Of a DNA stretch of 64,000 nt, positions 14,066-29,050 are shown in pieces (within the stretch, counting starts at the first letter, position 1; each line of letters opens with the position of its first letter). This DNA comes from Octopus sinensis (lineage: Eukaryota), in contig NC_043010.1 of NCBI RefSeq assembly GCF_006345805.1, positions 40,672,001 through 40,736,000 of the forward strand, in the 5' to 3' direction. The notes under the pieces are model-generated. The model was not told the DNA's origin, did no database searches, and was given only the letters and a program-made list of their open reading frames with translations. A program made the position numbers and the translations under genes.

Positions 14066-14942
14066 TATGTGCACATGTACATTTATATGAATATCCATAT
14101 GCATATATACATACATTTTAGATATATTTACGTATATATTTATTTGAAAATATGTGAGGGTAAATTGACTGAAAGTGCCAAAACCCGTCTCCCTCGCCGC
14201 TGTCAAGCCGTGGCTCGAGATATCGGTGGGTGTATATATATATGTGTGTGTGTGTGCGTGTGTGTGTGTATGTGTATTTATATGGGTATATATAAAACTG
14301 TATAGCCATAATGCCCATTTACACCCTTCTTTTTTCTACCACCTTTCGTTTTTACTCTTCTTGCTTCCCTACTGATTCTTCCTCAATGTTAATGACGTGT
14401 TCTTCCACTTCATCTCACCTATTTCCTCATTCTCACTCTTTCCCAGTCATTTTTTTTATCAATTCCCCTCTATTCCGCACCATTTTAAGTAATGTTTCTT
14501 CTATGTTTTGAAATATTGGTTTACCACTACAGATCTTGTATTTCACAATTTTTCCCTTCTGAAAAAAGAACTCGACATTTCAATCCGTCCTGTTTAAACA
14601 TAGCAAGCACATCGGGCCTATGCGTTAACAACGGTTCCTTCCCTTTCTGTTCTTTATTACATCAGCATGTGACCTGTTTATTGATATACTTTATTGCTTC
14701 AATCAGCCACTGAAAGTTTGAAGCAATTGTAAATGATTATCCTTGACAATAATTTTCTCTTCGGCAAATATGTTTGTTTACATTTAAGCATTATCTCTTA
14801 TAAATGATTTTAATGCCTTCATTAATTGGTTGTCCATTTTTTTCCTCACTTTCTGCCCTTCGTCTCTCTCTCTCTCTCTTTCTTTCTCTCTCTCTTTCTT
14901 TCTCTCTCTCTCTCTCTCTCTCTCACTATACTTGTGTGTCTC

Positions 14943-14981
<39 letters not shown>

Positions 14982-15468
14982 CTCGCTAAAATGTGTTATT
15001 ACCCGCTTCCATCTTGCTTACATTTTTACAAGTATAAGTGAGCTTTGGAAATGGAGTGATTTTGTTTTCTGTGTTGTTTATTTGTTTCTCTTTGTCCTTC
15101 GTTTTTTTTCTCTTTTCGCTTTTGTATAATTTCTCTTTGCATATTTTAAATTGAAAATGAAACATTCACCTTTTCATAATTATATCTCCAAATTCATTGA
15201 GACAAATTCAAAAAATACTCTTCAGTGATGAACAAAACGTTGCTGCTTTGAAGTCTTGTTTATTTCCAATGGATGCCACGTTTTTCTTATTTTTTGTTAT
15301 TTTTGTGGGGAGATTATTTATTTGTTTTTCATTTGTTGTTTTCGTTGTTGCTTTGTTCAATTTGAAACTAATTATTGAAATGTAGAAATTGTTCTGTTTC
15401 CATTGAGCATAATTACTCTTCTTCTACTCCTCCTCCTCCTTCTCCTGCTTTTTTCTTTTTCTGCTTAC

Positions 15469-15514
<46 letters not shown>

Positions 15515-15516
<2 letters not shown>

Positions 15517-15708
15517 GGCGGTGAGCTGGACAAAAACCTTAGCGGTATTTCGCCCGTCGCTACCTTCTGAGTTCAAACGCCACCGAAGTCTACTTTACTT
15601 TTCATTCTTTCGGGGTCGGTAAATTGAGTACCAGTGAAACACTACGTTCGATATAATCGACTAACCACCTCCCCGCAAATTTCAGACCTTGTGCCTATAA
15701 TAGAAAGG

Positions 15709-15712
<4 letters not shown>
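15515..15712 (+). mobile_element. SINE family B, inserted in (TTA)n
   Basis: taaggcggtgagctgg...gagttcaaacgccaccgaagtctactttactttcattctttcggggtcg. Further copies at ~16483-16640, 16674-16890, 18660-18830(-), 20080-20240(-), 34390-34500, 36780-36920(-), 58780-58900(-). Confidence 0.85.
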
Positions 15713-15771
<59 letters not shown>

Positions 15772-15910
15772 GTTGTTGTTGTTGTTGTTGTTATCATTAT
15801 TATTATTGTTGTTGTTGTTGTTGTTATTATTATCATTATTATTATTATTACTATTATTATTATTATAATTATTATTATTATTATTATTATTATTAATATT
15901 ATTATTATTG

Positions 15911-16429
15911 AATGAGAGGGCAGTGCATGCCATCAAAGTGACACTGGGGAAAAATATACGAAGCCCAGTATACGCATCATGACTACCGTTCTGATAAGGG
16001 TACACCAGGCACATGCATCACAACCATATGTGCGCGACATGGTGATATCATATCAAGATAAACAGCGCATGACCTTGCAGGTGGGGCCCAGTGAGAATTT
16101 TCTTCTGGGCGAGTAGCCCTTCCCGCTCAAAAGGTCCCTGAATAAGGATTGTTTAAAGATGTTGAACGAACCACCCATATTTCCAAAGGTGATTTATCCA
16201 AACCTCCAAGAATTCCTTTCAACACACGGCTATGATGCTTCCCCACTACTTCTGCTCGTGATCAGAGATGGATATATAGTCAGCTACTAAGGGACATGTT
16301 CAACGGGTTAAGGTCAAACAACTGACAAGCAAATCTGTGGTATTGAGCAGAATATTTGCTGCAGGCCAACACTTCCAATCAGTTAAGATCAGAAGCCACG
16401 AGAGCCACTGTCTGGTACTGCATCAGGGC

Positions 16430-16432
<3 letters not shown>
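15911..16432. repeat. Unclassified interspersed repeat between (TTA)n tracts
   Basis: The segment aagaattcctttcaacacacggctatgatg...tgatcagagatg recurs at ~16905-17155 and ~12580-12650. Confidence 0.7.
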
Positions 16433-16481
<49 letters not shown>

Positions 16482-17156
16482 TAAGGCGCCGAGATCGTTA
16501 GCATGCCGAAAAAGTTGTATAGCGGTATGTCGTCTGCCGCTACTTTCTGAGTTCTAAGTTCACCGAGGTCGATTTTGCAGATCGTCCTTTCCGGGTCGAT
16601 TAATTAAGTACCAGTTACGTACTAGGGTCGATGTCATCGACGTAACAGCTCCCCACAAATTATTATTGTCATTAAGGCAGTGAGTTGGCAGAATTGTAAG
16701 CTCGTCCGGCAAAGTGTTTAGCGGCATTTCGTCTGTCTTTACATTTCGAGTTCAATTTCCGCCGAGGTCGGCTTTGCTTTTCATCCTTTCGGAGTCAATA
16801 AAATAAGTAGCAGTCGGAGCACTGGGGTAGATGTAACCGACTATCCCCACTCACCCAAAATTTCAGGCCTTGTGCCTATAGTAGAAAGACCTATTATTAT
16901 TCAACCACCAAAGAATTCCTCTCAACACATGGCCATGATGTTCCTCCACTACTTCTGCTTGTGATCAGAGATGTACATATCGTCAGCCACAAAGGGACAT
17001 GCTCAACAGGTTAAGGTCAAACAACTGACAAACAAATCTGCGGTATTGAACAGAATATTTGCTGTAGCCCATATTTTATATCAAGACAAACCATGAACAT
17101 GATAACACTTCCAATTAGTTAAGATCAGACGCCATGTGAACCAGTGTCTGGTACCA

Positions 17157-17193
<37 letters not shown>

Positions 17194-17519
17194 CTATTTA
17201 TTTAGTTATATTTATGCATTTATTTATTCATTTGGTTTGACTCACTCATTTTCTTTTGGATGTCTTTACATCTGTTTTCCATTTATCGCATTCATTCAAA
17301 ACCTCATTTTGTTGTTTAATATTTTTATGTCTTTTGCTTCGTATTTTATTTATTTTTGATATGATCTATCGTCTTATTTCTTTTTATTTCCCTTTTCTAT
17401 TTTCTCTACTAATATTTATTTAACTCTCATCCTGTTAAATTAGATTTTGGCTCCCATAATTATCAAACTATTCCGAAACTAATTGCTATCTCCACTTGTC
17501 CCTGAAACTTTAAATATCT

Positions 17520-17537
17520 AAAGCATTATTATTATTA

Positions 17538-17579
<42 letters not shown>

Positions 17580-17820
17580 TATTATTATTATTATTATATT
17601 ATTATTATTATTATTATTTTATTTTTATTATTATTAATACCTTCATCATCATTATTACTATTATTATTATTATTATTATCATTATTAGTATTATTATTAT
17701 CATTATTAGTATTATAGCTGTTGCTATTATTCATTGCGGCTGTTATTATTATTACTATTATCATTATTATTTTATCATTATTATTATTATTATTACTATT
17801 ATTATTACTATTATTATTAC

Positions 17821-17869
<49 letters not shown>

Positions 17870-17930
17870 TCTAAGTATTATCATCATGATCAGCTTCATC
17901 ATCATTATTATTATTACTATTATTATTTCT
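17520..17930. repeat. (TTA)n/(TCA)n trinucleotide microsatellite
   Basis: Direct reading. Similar tracts at 15470-15910, 20760-20860 and 38460-38630. Confidence 0.95.
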
Positions 17931-20489
17931 TTTAGGAAGTTTTGTTGGATGATTTTTTTTCCTTTTTACTGGATTATTGTGTCGCAATCAAACGACTTTT
18001 CGAACATTTATTCGTCAATTCCAAATATCTGGTCAGAAAAAAATTCTGTTTGTTAGCTAATATGGTATTTTTCTAAACAAGTTCGTTGCTGTTACATTCG
18101 ATCCAATATGGCGAGTCCTATTGAAAGATTAGAAAACAGTTCTACGATTTTACGTCATAACTACGAAAACAATAAGGAAATAACTTTCAAGAGGCGAAAA
18201 TAAATGTATTAGAAGATAAACAGAAAACATGGCAACGGAACAAACAGTTAAACTCACAAACACAGCAACAACTTCACATCCAAAACGTAAACTTGGAATA
18301 TAAACAGAAATACTAGCGACAAAGTCAATGTAACCTTGAAAGACATTAAAGGAATTGCAACCAACTTCTATGTTAGTATGTTATACAAGTCTAGTTAAAG
18401 AAAGAAATGTCACATCTAGCTGAAGAAAAGTATGTAACAGTTTATGACATCAAAGAGAGTGTCTTTTCCGAAGGAGTTTATCCAAGAACAGGCAAGTCGA
18501 AAGGCAACATACTCATAGTTAGTAAAAACCAGATGGTGGTTTCTCTAATATTCCAAAAGAAACACCAGATGATTTGTGACACGATGTGTGGAATCTTTTC
18601 GGCATGACGTGTAATCTGTTGATACAGGATCATATATGGTATTTAATAATGATTTCAAATTTTGGCTCAAGGATTGAAATTTCGAGCAAGAAGGAATGTC
18701 GTTTACATCGACCCCAGTAATCGACTGGTAGCTATTTTATCGTCCCCGAAAACATGAAAGGCAAAGTCAGTCTCGGTGGAATTTGAACTCAGAACATAAA
18801 GACAGACGAAATGCCTCTAAACATTACATCTAATAATGAAACTCGGAATCAGGACGAATTCATATGTGCATATGTGCATATGTGCATCACAGCTGTCTTT
18901 ATGCTACTGCTACAACACATGATCCGATAGTGTCACAATATATGATAACACGAGTTTCATAGGAAAAGATATTGACGGTGGTTTTCTCTCCAGTCACATA
19001 GCCCCCTTTGAAGAAGTATTTGGGTAGATGCTGGGAGCTTAAATTGCTAAAACAAAAGTCACGCACTTTATTACAGATTATACTGTCATGAAAATTTTTG
19101 TGAGCCCCGAAGACCAGAAGGAAAACAGGAAACTGCGCCATTGTAGGTTCAAAAACAGATGTGATAAAATTGGTGTCACATGGCTGAACATCCAGCTGAA
19201 ATATGCATGGTAGTAAGAGTCAGCTGAGGAGCTTCCACTCGGTGGAATCAGAAGAGAGCGAGTGAGTAATAGAATCAGTAGATGAAGTATCGGATCTCAG
19301 AAACTTCACTTTCCAGAGAGACACTAGTGGTGAAAATGCCGAAAACTGCAAAAAGAAATAGGTTTGTCTTCTGTGCCAGGTGACGATACACAGCTTAACA
19401 TAGATATACGTAATGAAGTAAACTTATATAACTATATCTTTATTATATTGATTTTCTTAGTCTTTAGAACATAAAAGGCTTTCATAATTTGTGATGTTTT
19501 CATCAAAGTAATGGCGATAAGTGAAACAGTATTACTACCCTATCATCTTACATAGACGGGGAGGTGATGAAGGATGGACGGAGGTAGAAAACTGCTGAGA
19601 ACAGCAACACAAATAAAACAATAAAAGAAAACTACGCCAACAATTAAATGTGAACACAAGTATAAAAGCATATATAGCAAGCGGGAAGGAGCCAGTTTCT
19701 CGTTGGAAATATATGGAGTTGGCAATCTTTTGAGATTGCAAGGAGGACTAAATAATGATTGGGAAGAATTGCAAAGATGAGAAAGAAAGCATAATGCCTA
19801 GATTGAAGAGGACAAAACCTTCGACCTAAATGCTAATAAATCTGACTGATTTAGGCCGAATGCTAGTAATTTTGAGGGAAGGTTTAGTTGATGTTACCGT
19901 CATTCAGTACTTGATTGATATTTTATTCTATCGACTGTGCAAGGAAGAAGTAGAGTTGGCTTTTGTAGGATTTGAACTGAAAATGTAAAAAAGCGGGACA
20001 TACACACAATGCAATTTCTCCGACGCTCTAACGATTTGCCGTCTCGCTTCCCTCCATGATTTGTAGTTTTGGCCAAAGATAAGCAATTTTGAAGCAGGGG
20101 ATATTCGATTACATCGACCTTAGTACATGACTGGTAGCTTATTTTATCGGCCCAGAAGGGATAAAACGTAAAGCTGACCTCGGCAGTATTTGAACATAGA
20201 ATGCAAGGAACCAGACGAAATGCTGTTAAGCAAAGCATTTGGTCCCTCACATTCAGGAGTCTATCAGCTCGCTTCCCATGATGATAATAATTCTTTCAAT
20301 TATAAGTACAAAACCTGGACTTATTCTTTTTTTTGAGAAAGGGGCCTAGTCGATATCATCGACTCCAGTGCTTGGCTGAAATTTATTTTTGGCTCCGAAA
20401 AAATGGAAAGCAAAGTCGACCTCGTGTGTATCTGCAGTCAGAATAACAACAACAACAACAACAACCACAAAAATAATAATAATAATAAT

Positions 20490-20723
20490 AGTCAAGACGA
20501 GCAGCGCGATTCGATTGTAATAGATATTTTATTGGTTGAACGATATTTCAACAGTAAGTCTGCCTTAGTCAATTTCAAAATAAGAAGTGATAAAAATTCA
20601 AAATTATAGAAATTTTTATCCTTTCTTAGTTTGAAATTGAGAAAGACAGACAGACTTATTGTTGAAATATCGTTCAACCAATAAAATATCTATTACAATT
20701 GAAACGCGCTCTTCGTCTTGACT
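20490..20723. mobile_element. Foldback MITE-like palindrome (~110-bp arms)
   Basis: agtcaagacg...tgtaatagatattttattggttgaacgatatttcaac matches the reverse complement of the right arm ending ...cgtcttgact. The spacer is only ~10 nt. Confidence 0.75.
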
Positions 20724-20864
20724 GTTTACTTTTGTGAAGAGTTAAATCAATCATTTTAAATAATAATAATAATAATAATAACAATAACAATAATAATAAT
20801 AATGATGAATAATAATAATAATAATAATAATGATAATAAAAAATAATAATAATAATAATAATAA

Positions 20865-21200
20865 AAGTGACTAAAACTGATTTCAAACTGGAAACGGAGG
20901 CTCTAATCTGTGCTGCCCAAGAGCAAGCATTAAGAACCAATTACATCAAATACAAAATTGACAACGCATCAGAAAGTGATAAGGGCAGAATTTGTGGACA
21001 GCATGGTGAAACCCTATGGCATATCACCAGTCAATGTACGGCATTAGCCAAGAAAGAGGATAAGAGACCTCATCACGATATAGCAAGGATAAATAGGGAA
21101 AGCTGAGAATTGAGATCGCTAAGATTTGGCAGCTATGAAAGTCAAGCATAAAGGTTATCCCTATTGTCATCGGATCATTGGGTTTAATACCACACAATCT
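20865..21200 (+). mobile_element. R4/Dong-type (RLE) non-LTR retrotransposon 3' fragment
   Basis: ETEALICAAQEQALRTNYIK..(C)RICGQHGETLWHITSQC zinc-knuckle region, then VIPIVIGSLG. Follows an (AAT)n tract, the known Dong target type. Confidence 0.8.
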
Positions 21201-21571
21201 GAAAAAAAAACATCATGATGTTTTATACTGTGCGACGTGTATAATGATGATGATGATGATGATGGTGATGATGATAACGACGACGACGACGATGATGATG
21301 ATGATGACGACGATGATGATGGTGATGATTTCTCTGCAAAAATTAGACAGGATTGTCATGGTTGACATCGCCGGAGTAACTTTGATCAGAGATATGCTGA
21401 AATTGTGCGCAAACGGAGAAGGTTAACATTAAAAAAAAACACAAATGTATTATACTATTCATTTCACAAATGATCACTGCTAAATTGGGTTCGATATAAT
21501 TCAATCATAATGCAACGTTCTGGCAGCCATCCATAAATACATATATAAGCATTTGTCCGTAAATATATATA

Positions 21572-21630
<59 letters not shown>

Positions 21631-21934
21631 TGTATACACACGTGTATATCATAAATATCATAATATATATATTTTATTCATATACACACATACAACCACA
21701 TACACACACACTCCTATATATATATGTGTGTATGTGTGTTTATGTGTGTGTCTGTGTGTGTGTGTGTACGTAAGTATATTTATGTATGTGAGAGAAAGGC
21801 AGGTACACAGTTACGAACATACATACATACGTTCGTACGTACATACAAGCATATACTCACGCTCATATATTTACTTGCACACAAGCACACACACACACAC
21901 ACGCACGCACACACGCACACATACAAACACACAC

Positions 21935-21993
<59 letters not shown>

Positions 21994-22463
21994 AAGCAGC
22001 TGATAGATTTTCAGTTTGCCAAGAACAGGAAAACAACACCAATTAAGTAAATATGATATTATTAACAACAGATCTATAATTTATGTGATTTTATATTATC
22101 ATCAATAACACAAACATAGTTACCTATCAGAAGCAATTAGATTGCTGGTTAAAGCATTTAAGCTCTAATTAATGTAATATATATATATTAAATATTGTGT
22201 GTATTGTACATGTGTATGGGCGCCGTTTCCTATGTAGGTGTACGTGTACGTCTCAGCGAAGGTTTATGTTACTGCGTTGGGTGCATTTGTGTTTGTATGG
22301 GTGTGTGTGTGTGTATTTGGTGCAGCCTCTGTTCTGAAGAATATCTCGCTATCAAACCTAAGTATATTTGATAAATTATCAATCATCACACTAGAACATA
22401 CATATGTATATATATATATATATTATATATGATATATATATATATATATAAGTATATTTATAC

Positions 22464-22496
<33 letters not shown>

Positions 22497-22625
22497 ATAT
22501 GTATATATACATACAACCAATACACATACATCATATATATATATACACCACACATATATATATATATATAGATGTGTTTTACTTAAATGGCTTATAAACA
22601 CCTTCCACGCTGCAATTGTATATAA

Positions 22626-22724
<99 letters not shown>

Positions 22725-23261
22725 TATGTATTATGTATGTATGTACGTAACCATGTATGTATGTCTAGTGTCCATTTTATACATATACATATATGTATGG
22801 ATAGATAGATTTATTCTAGTTTAATCTATCGTCTAATTTACAAACTATAAGCAAGTTTCTTTCATTGAAAGTTAGACAACTTCGTCGTTATCATCTGTAA
22901 ATGTTTTATGTTTGACACGTCTTTAAGTTTTTCGCAGAATTCAGGTGACCTCTGAGAAAATGACAAAACTGTTTGTTTGAGGTAGGATATTTCCTATGCT
23001 TCCTGCATATGCCAGTGGATTGCTTTGCGCATATTTCTAGATGCATTTATAGACTCGCACACATGTTTTGTGTGTACATGTACGTACGTATTCAGGAACG
23101 TACGTATCCATGTACATATATATATATATATCTGTTATATGCACAAGATATGTGAGAGGATTACAGTGCGCATCTTTTCGACGTATTTGTAAACATATTT
23201 TCACACGTGTTTTGTATGCACAAGTCTTTTAGAATGAAGGTCTGTATGTACGTATTTATTC

Positions 23262-23702
23262 ATGTATGTATTTTATATGGAAAATATACCGCCAACTATG
23301 CCCAAACGACCTAAACATTAGCTTCAAGGTTCATCCAAGACTTGGACCACGGGCTATACGTCCCCTGCCCAATTCAAGATCACAACATACATGTACACTG
23401 CAACATAATTTCTTTTCCTCAACAGGCCCTGCCCTATTTAACATTGTCCCGAGAGAGATCAAAGAGGAAAAGGATCCCATCAACTTTAAGCAGAGTCTGG
23501 ATAGATTCCTTCAAAGAATACCAGATAAGCCACCCATAATTGGATACAACTCACCCAACAAGAACTCACTACTTGAACAAAACTTGACTTACACAAAACT
23601 TGACTTAAACAGGATTCGAATAATCCTATCAGGTGGTGCTATTAAGTTAGACATGGCCTGGACCAATCTTTGGTCGAAACATATCTAAGTTTATCTAAGT
23701 TT
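23262..23702 (+). mobile_element. CR1/L2-superfamily LINE 3' end
   Basis: WKIYRQLCPN...FSSTGPALFNIVPREIK...FKQSLDRFLQRIPDKP is a typical ORF2 C-terminus. Ends in a short tandem tail (atctaagttt)x2. Confidence 0.8.
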
Positions 23703-24704
23703 ATATGCATATGCGATTGTTCGTATATATGTTCATTTCAGGAAAGTTCAACAGAAAATTTTTGTAATGATTTCAAATTTTTCACACTGCAACTTAATTA
23801 GAATTTGATGTTCCGAGTTAATTTTCTTTATTCTTTCTATGAGACAACCGCAGCATTTTCTGCAAATCTACTGTAATCAATTAAGCATAGGTATAATTTA
23901 ACATAAGTGTCCTGGATGCACGATCTATCAGTTTCTCTTTAGTTAAATTAGCTGTTCTCTTCTTTCCCAGTTTTAGCCAAAACATTAAAATCTGTCGTCC
24001 TTTCAACTTATACAGCAACGCACGGTCATTATCGCCTGTCTTCTAGAAAACTTTTGTTCTTTTTATAGACAGTTTATGTGAACGTTCCACCAATATTTGG
24101 CGTGTAGTTTGTGCGGCCATTAGTACTGCGAATAGCACTGTAAATGGTTTTATCTACTATGTATGGCATCATATGCAATTATAAAAGAAATTACTATAGA
24201 TCTGGAGCCAAAAGAAACAAAAGCAGATTGTCTCCTTATCACATCGATGACAATCGTTTTTTCTAGTAGATTGCCAATCAGGTCTTGTTACTCTTTTAGT
24301 GCTAGTAAACAGGGTATCGTATATTTGGCAAATGATTCCAGCAATAATCTGTGAGAAATAAAATGGAACGCTGTTCTACAATCAAATCGATTTTCACGAT
24401 ATTTATTTGTTTCCTATTTCATACAACACAGTTTTGGGTTATCAAACTTTCTTCAGCACATCTCTACACATTGTTCATTCCACTTCCATGTTCATTAGAT
24501 CGTATATTGCCGGATTTGAAATAGACTTGGACCAATTTGTTAAGACAGGGTGCTTAATATTTATGCATAAGGCATATTGCCTATAGTTTCCTACCAGTTC
24601 AGGTGCCCATTCTCAGCTAAATAATTTATACCTTGTGATTCTCTCATTCCACTGTCTTTTAAATATTTGTATCAGACATTACACACACACACACACACAC
24701 ACAC

Positions 24705-24802
<98 letters not shown>

Positions 24803-24811
24803 TATATTATA

Positions 24812-24946
24812 TAGGCGCAGGATGGGTGTGTGGTAAGTAGCTTGCCCACTAATCACATGGCTCCGGGTTCAGTCCCACTGCTTGACACCTTAGGAAAGTG
24901 TCTTCTACTATAGCCTCGTGCCGACCAAAGCCTTGTGAGTCCGTCG

Positions 24947-24950
<4 letters not shown>
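24812..24950 (+). mobile_element. SINE family C (5' part)
   Basis: ggcgcaggatgggtgtgtggtaag...gggttcagtcccactgc matches 32704. Confidence 0.85.
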
Positions 24951-25001
<51 letters not shown>

Positions 25002-26792
25002 TATATAAAATGTGTGTATATAATAGAAATCGATACAAATGCGACGCTATTGTAAAGCTTCACTGCGTATATACTAGCAAAGACGTATGTATGCAACACA
25101 CATGAAAAATTTGTCTTCCTTCTAGGAAGAACATTCGATAAATGGACAACCCAGAAGCGGATAAGGCAGGACTGGTTTCTGACTCTTCAAATACGTTTAA
25201 CAACTTAAATTTGATTAGACTTCATCAGCGGCATTTACCTAGCATTGATGTGGCAACATTTGAAATATTGTCAAGGTAGTATAATCACCGGACTTAATAA
25301 ACAATAAGGAACTATTTGATAAGGAACAATGCTCTCGGATGGCTGCAGTCCAATGATTGAAAAGATCAAGCAAAGAAAAGGGAATAAATAGAAAATAAAT
25401 ATATGTGGAAGGAGCGTAGAGAAGTTGAACCAGTATCCAAGCATAAGCCCTTCCTGATACCTTCCCATTTTTGAGATTTTCATAGTCTCCTTATGACATC
25501 AACGCTGACGATATTCAGCTTCATAAATATTATTTGTACATAGTCATGATAAACTATAATTGAAATCCTATTTTTTTTATTCAGGTCTTACATCAAAAGG
25601 ATTTAAGGTCTTTAGAAAATTGGGATCCTTCTCTTTATAATCCAGATCACCCGTTTATGGATTAAAAGCAAAACTATTTGAACATGTCACGTAGAAACAG
25701 GTTTCTTTTACTATAGCGAATATTTTAGATAGCATTTTGAGTTCACATTTCAAAATTATTTAACTTCCATTCAAGGGTTTGAATATATAAGCCACATTAT
25801 ATATATATATATATATAAGTCAATAATTATTTTTTATATAAAATATAGTTGGAGGCTGTAAACTCATTATTCCTGTATCTTGGTTTTTAATTTTCTGATC
25901 ATTCAACGCAGGATTGCTAATGTTTGTATTTAGTTTCCTCATTCACCTGGATCTTTTGCATTTAGTAATATCATTCACAGAGTGCATTGGAGATACCTAG
26001 GTATTCTTTTAGAGTACTAGCAGCAGTATCAGACTAGTGCTGACAGTTCTATACGTGTTATCATCTCACCAACAATATCGTCGGTGACTTTTATCATGCT
26101 TTTGCTTTTTTTTCGTCAAAAATATTCTCTAGCTTCAAGAGAGCTTAGAGAAATCGACAAAAATTATCTACAAACTGTGGGTTTAATTCTTTCACGTTGC
26201 ATATATACATTTGACACAATCTCTGTTGAATGACTTTCTTACGGAAATATTATAAGAGTTGAGTAGTGGTGATAATAATGGCGTTTTTGTCACCCTCTTT
26301 ATGACTGCGTTTGGCCAATTCTGGAAATGTGCAGAAAATCGATTAGAGGTGTTAGGATAGCAATTGCTATATTTGACTGCCACTTTTCGTGTAATGGAAG
26401 TTGCTTGTTGTCGAGATTGCTTCACGGTTTAAGTTAGATTATGTTTCATCACAAAATACTTCACCCGCTTCATACGGCCGAGAAGAAGATTTTCACGTTT
26501 TATTTTTAAGAATATTATTGTAAGTAGGAATTCAAATCAAAATTCAAATTTATAATGAGAAGAATCTTTCAGCTATCGAAATAATTTTGCTTTCATTATC
26601 AGTGTTTTTGCTAAGACAGCGAACTGGTAAACTTCTTAGTGTATATGTGTCTGTATGTGTATTACTTTATATAAAGACATAGGGAAATAGATAGATAGAT
26701 AGAAAGATAGATAGATAGGCAGATAGATTGATAGATAGATAGCTAGATAGACAGATAGATACATGGATACATAGATAGCTAGATAGATAGAC

Positions 26793-26843
<51 letters not shown>

Positions 26844-26845
26844 TT

Positions 26846-26923
<78 letters not shown>

Positions 26924-27763
26924 TTGATAGATAAATAGATAGAGAGAGAGAGAAAGAGAGATAGGAACACGCATACACACATAGATATAGACGTATTTTC
27001 ATCTATTAATATATATATATATGTTAAGCCCGCCATTTACATGTATGCACACACCTGCACACTCACACACAAAGACACACACATACACGCATATAGACAC
27101 ATACATACGCACACAAACACACACAAACACACACAAACACACACATACACAAAAACAGACACACATACATATTATACATGCCTGTTAGCGTTTGCGCAGA
27201 TATATATTAGTGCATGTGTATGCAAATGTGAACTTTTTATGTGTTTTTCCATATATATATGCATGTATGCGTATGTTACGCTTGGCTCTGATTATGCGTT
27301 TGCTTGTGAAAGTTTCTGTTTGTATGTTTAGTAGTTACCTTCATAAAGTGTTTTATGGCATGATGGTCATTATCAAATATTATTTGGGGAAAACGCTTTT
27401 AAATTTAGCAAGTTTTATGGACCATAGATTTTATGTGGTTCATTGTGCATTATTATATGAAAATATATGAGCTATGTGTATGTATGTAATATATATATAT
27501 ATAATATATATATATATATTATATATGCATGTACGTGTATATATACTCATATATTTATATATATATAATATATATAATATATATATATAACACACACATA
27601 CTTCATAGACATTTCTATTGGCTTTTTGTCTACATATATGTGTACGTTTACGTATAATATATGATATATAGATTATAGATATAAATGTTTACATAAATAT
27701 TTATACATACACACACATACAGAAATACACATGTATATTTACGCACACGCGTATATATACATG

Positions 27764-27809
<46 letters not shown>

Positions 27810-27848
27810 ATATATATACATATATGTAAATATGTATATATATGAATA

Positions 27849-28100
27849 CTAGCAGTATCGCCCGGCGTTGCTCGGGTTTGTAAGGGAAATAACTAATAAG
27901 CATTTTTAGAGAGTTATAGCCAAAAAATAGCAAAAAATGCATTAAAAATGGAAATAATATGATGGTAAATTTTTTTTTAAATCGTTGACTCATCGTAGAC
28001 ATTTTTAGAGAGTTACTTCCCTTATATAATAGCGAAAAAATGCATTAAAATGAAAAAAAACGATGGTATTTTTTTTTAAATCGTAGACTCGTGTAGACGC
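27849..28100 (-). mobile_element. Non-autonomous Helitron 3' end
   Basis: ctagcagtatcgcccggcgttgctcggg is the reverse complement of the 9627-9948 terminus. Contains an internal ~105-bp duplication (gacatttttagagagtta...aaatcgt). Confidence 0.8.
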
Positions 28101-28271
28101 TTTCTTAGCCATTCTGTTTTGTGTCTTCAAGCCATGAAGTCGTTGTTCTAAAAGAACGCTGGTCTCCTTGACACACGCATTACGACGTTGATTTCCTTAC
28201 ACTCCCTTCCCCACAGGTGCAGGTGTGAGCGTGGACGCCAACTCCGCCGCCATCGACACACGAAAAATTAT

Positions 28272-28371
28272 NNNNNNNNNNNNNNNNNNNNNNNNNNNNN
28301 NNNNNNNNNNNNNNNNNNNNNNNNNNNNNNNNNNNNNNNNNNNNNNNNNNNNNNNNNNNNNNNNNNNNNNN
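28272..28371. other. Assembly gap (100 N)
   Basis: Run of N. Confidence 1.
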
Positions 28372-28531
28372 GAATTACAGAAGAACTGGATGATATAGTT
28401 ATTCGTGTTTATAATCTGACTTGTATACACATACACATACACACACAAACACAAACGCACACACAAAACACACACATACACACAAACACGGACACATATA
28501 TATATATATACATATACACATATATCTATCC

Positions 28532-28587
<56 letters not shown>

Positions 28588-28588
28588 G

Positions 28589-28622
<34 letters not shown>

Positions 28623-28623
28623 C

Positions 28624-28700
<77 letters not shown>

Positions 28701-28795
28701 TGCATACATACATATATACATTTATATGTATATATATATATATAAATGTATATATGTATGTATGCATATATATATATGCATACATACAGATATAC

Positions 28796-28826
<31 letters not shown>

Positions 28827-28945
28827 CATACATCTATACATTTATATAAATATATATATATACATACAGATATACATTATAATATATATATATACATACG
28901 TGTATAAATGTATGAACATTTGAATATATGTAAATAGATAGGTAA

Positions 28946-29050
<105 letters not shown>

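Noticed and set aside
28190-28230. Strong splice acceptor followed by a possible 6-nt microexon (ccccacag GTGCAG gtgtga)
   Set aside because: The donor is weak, and the site is adjacent to a Helitron and an assembly gap, so it cannot be supported.
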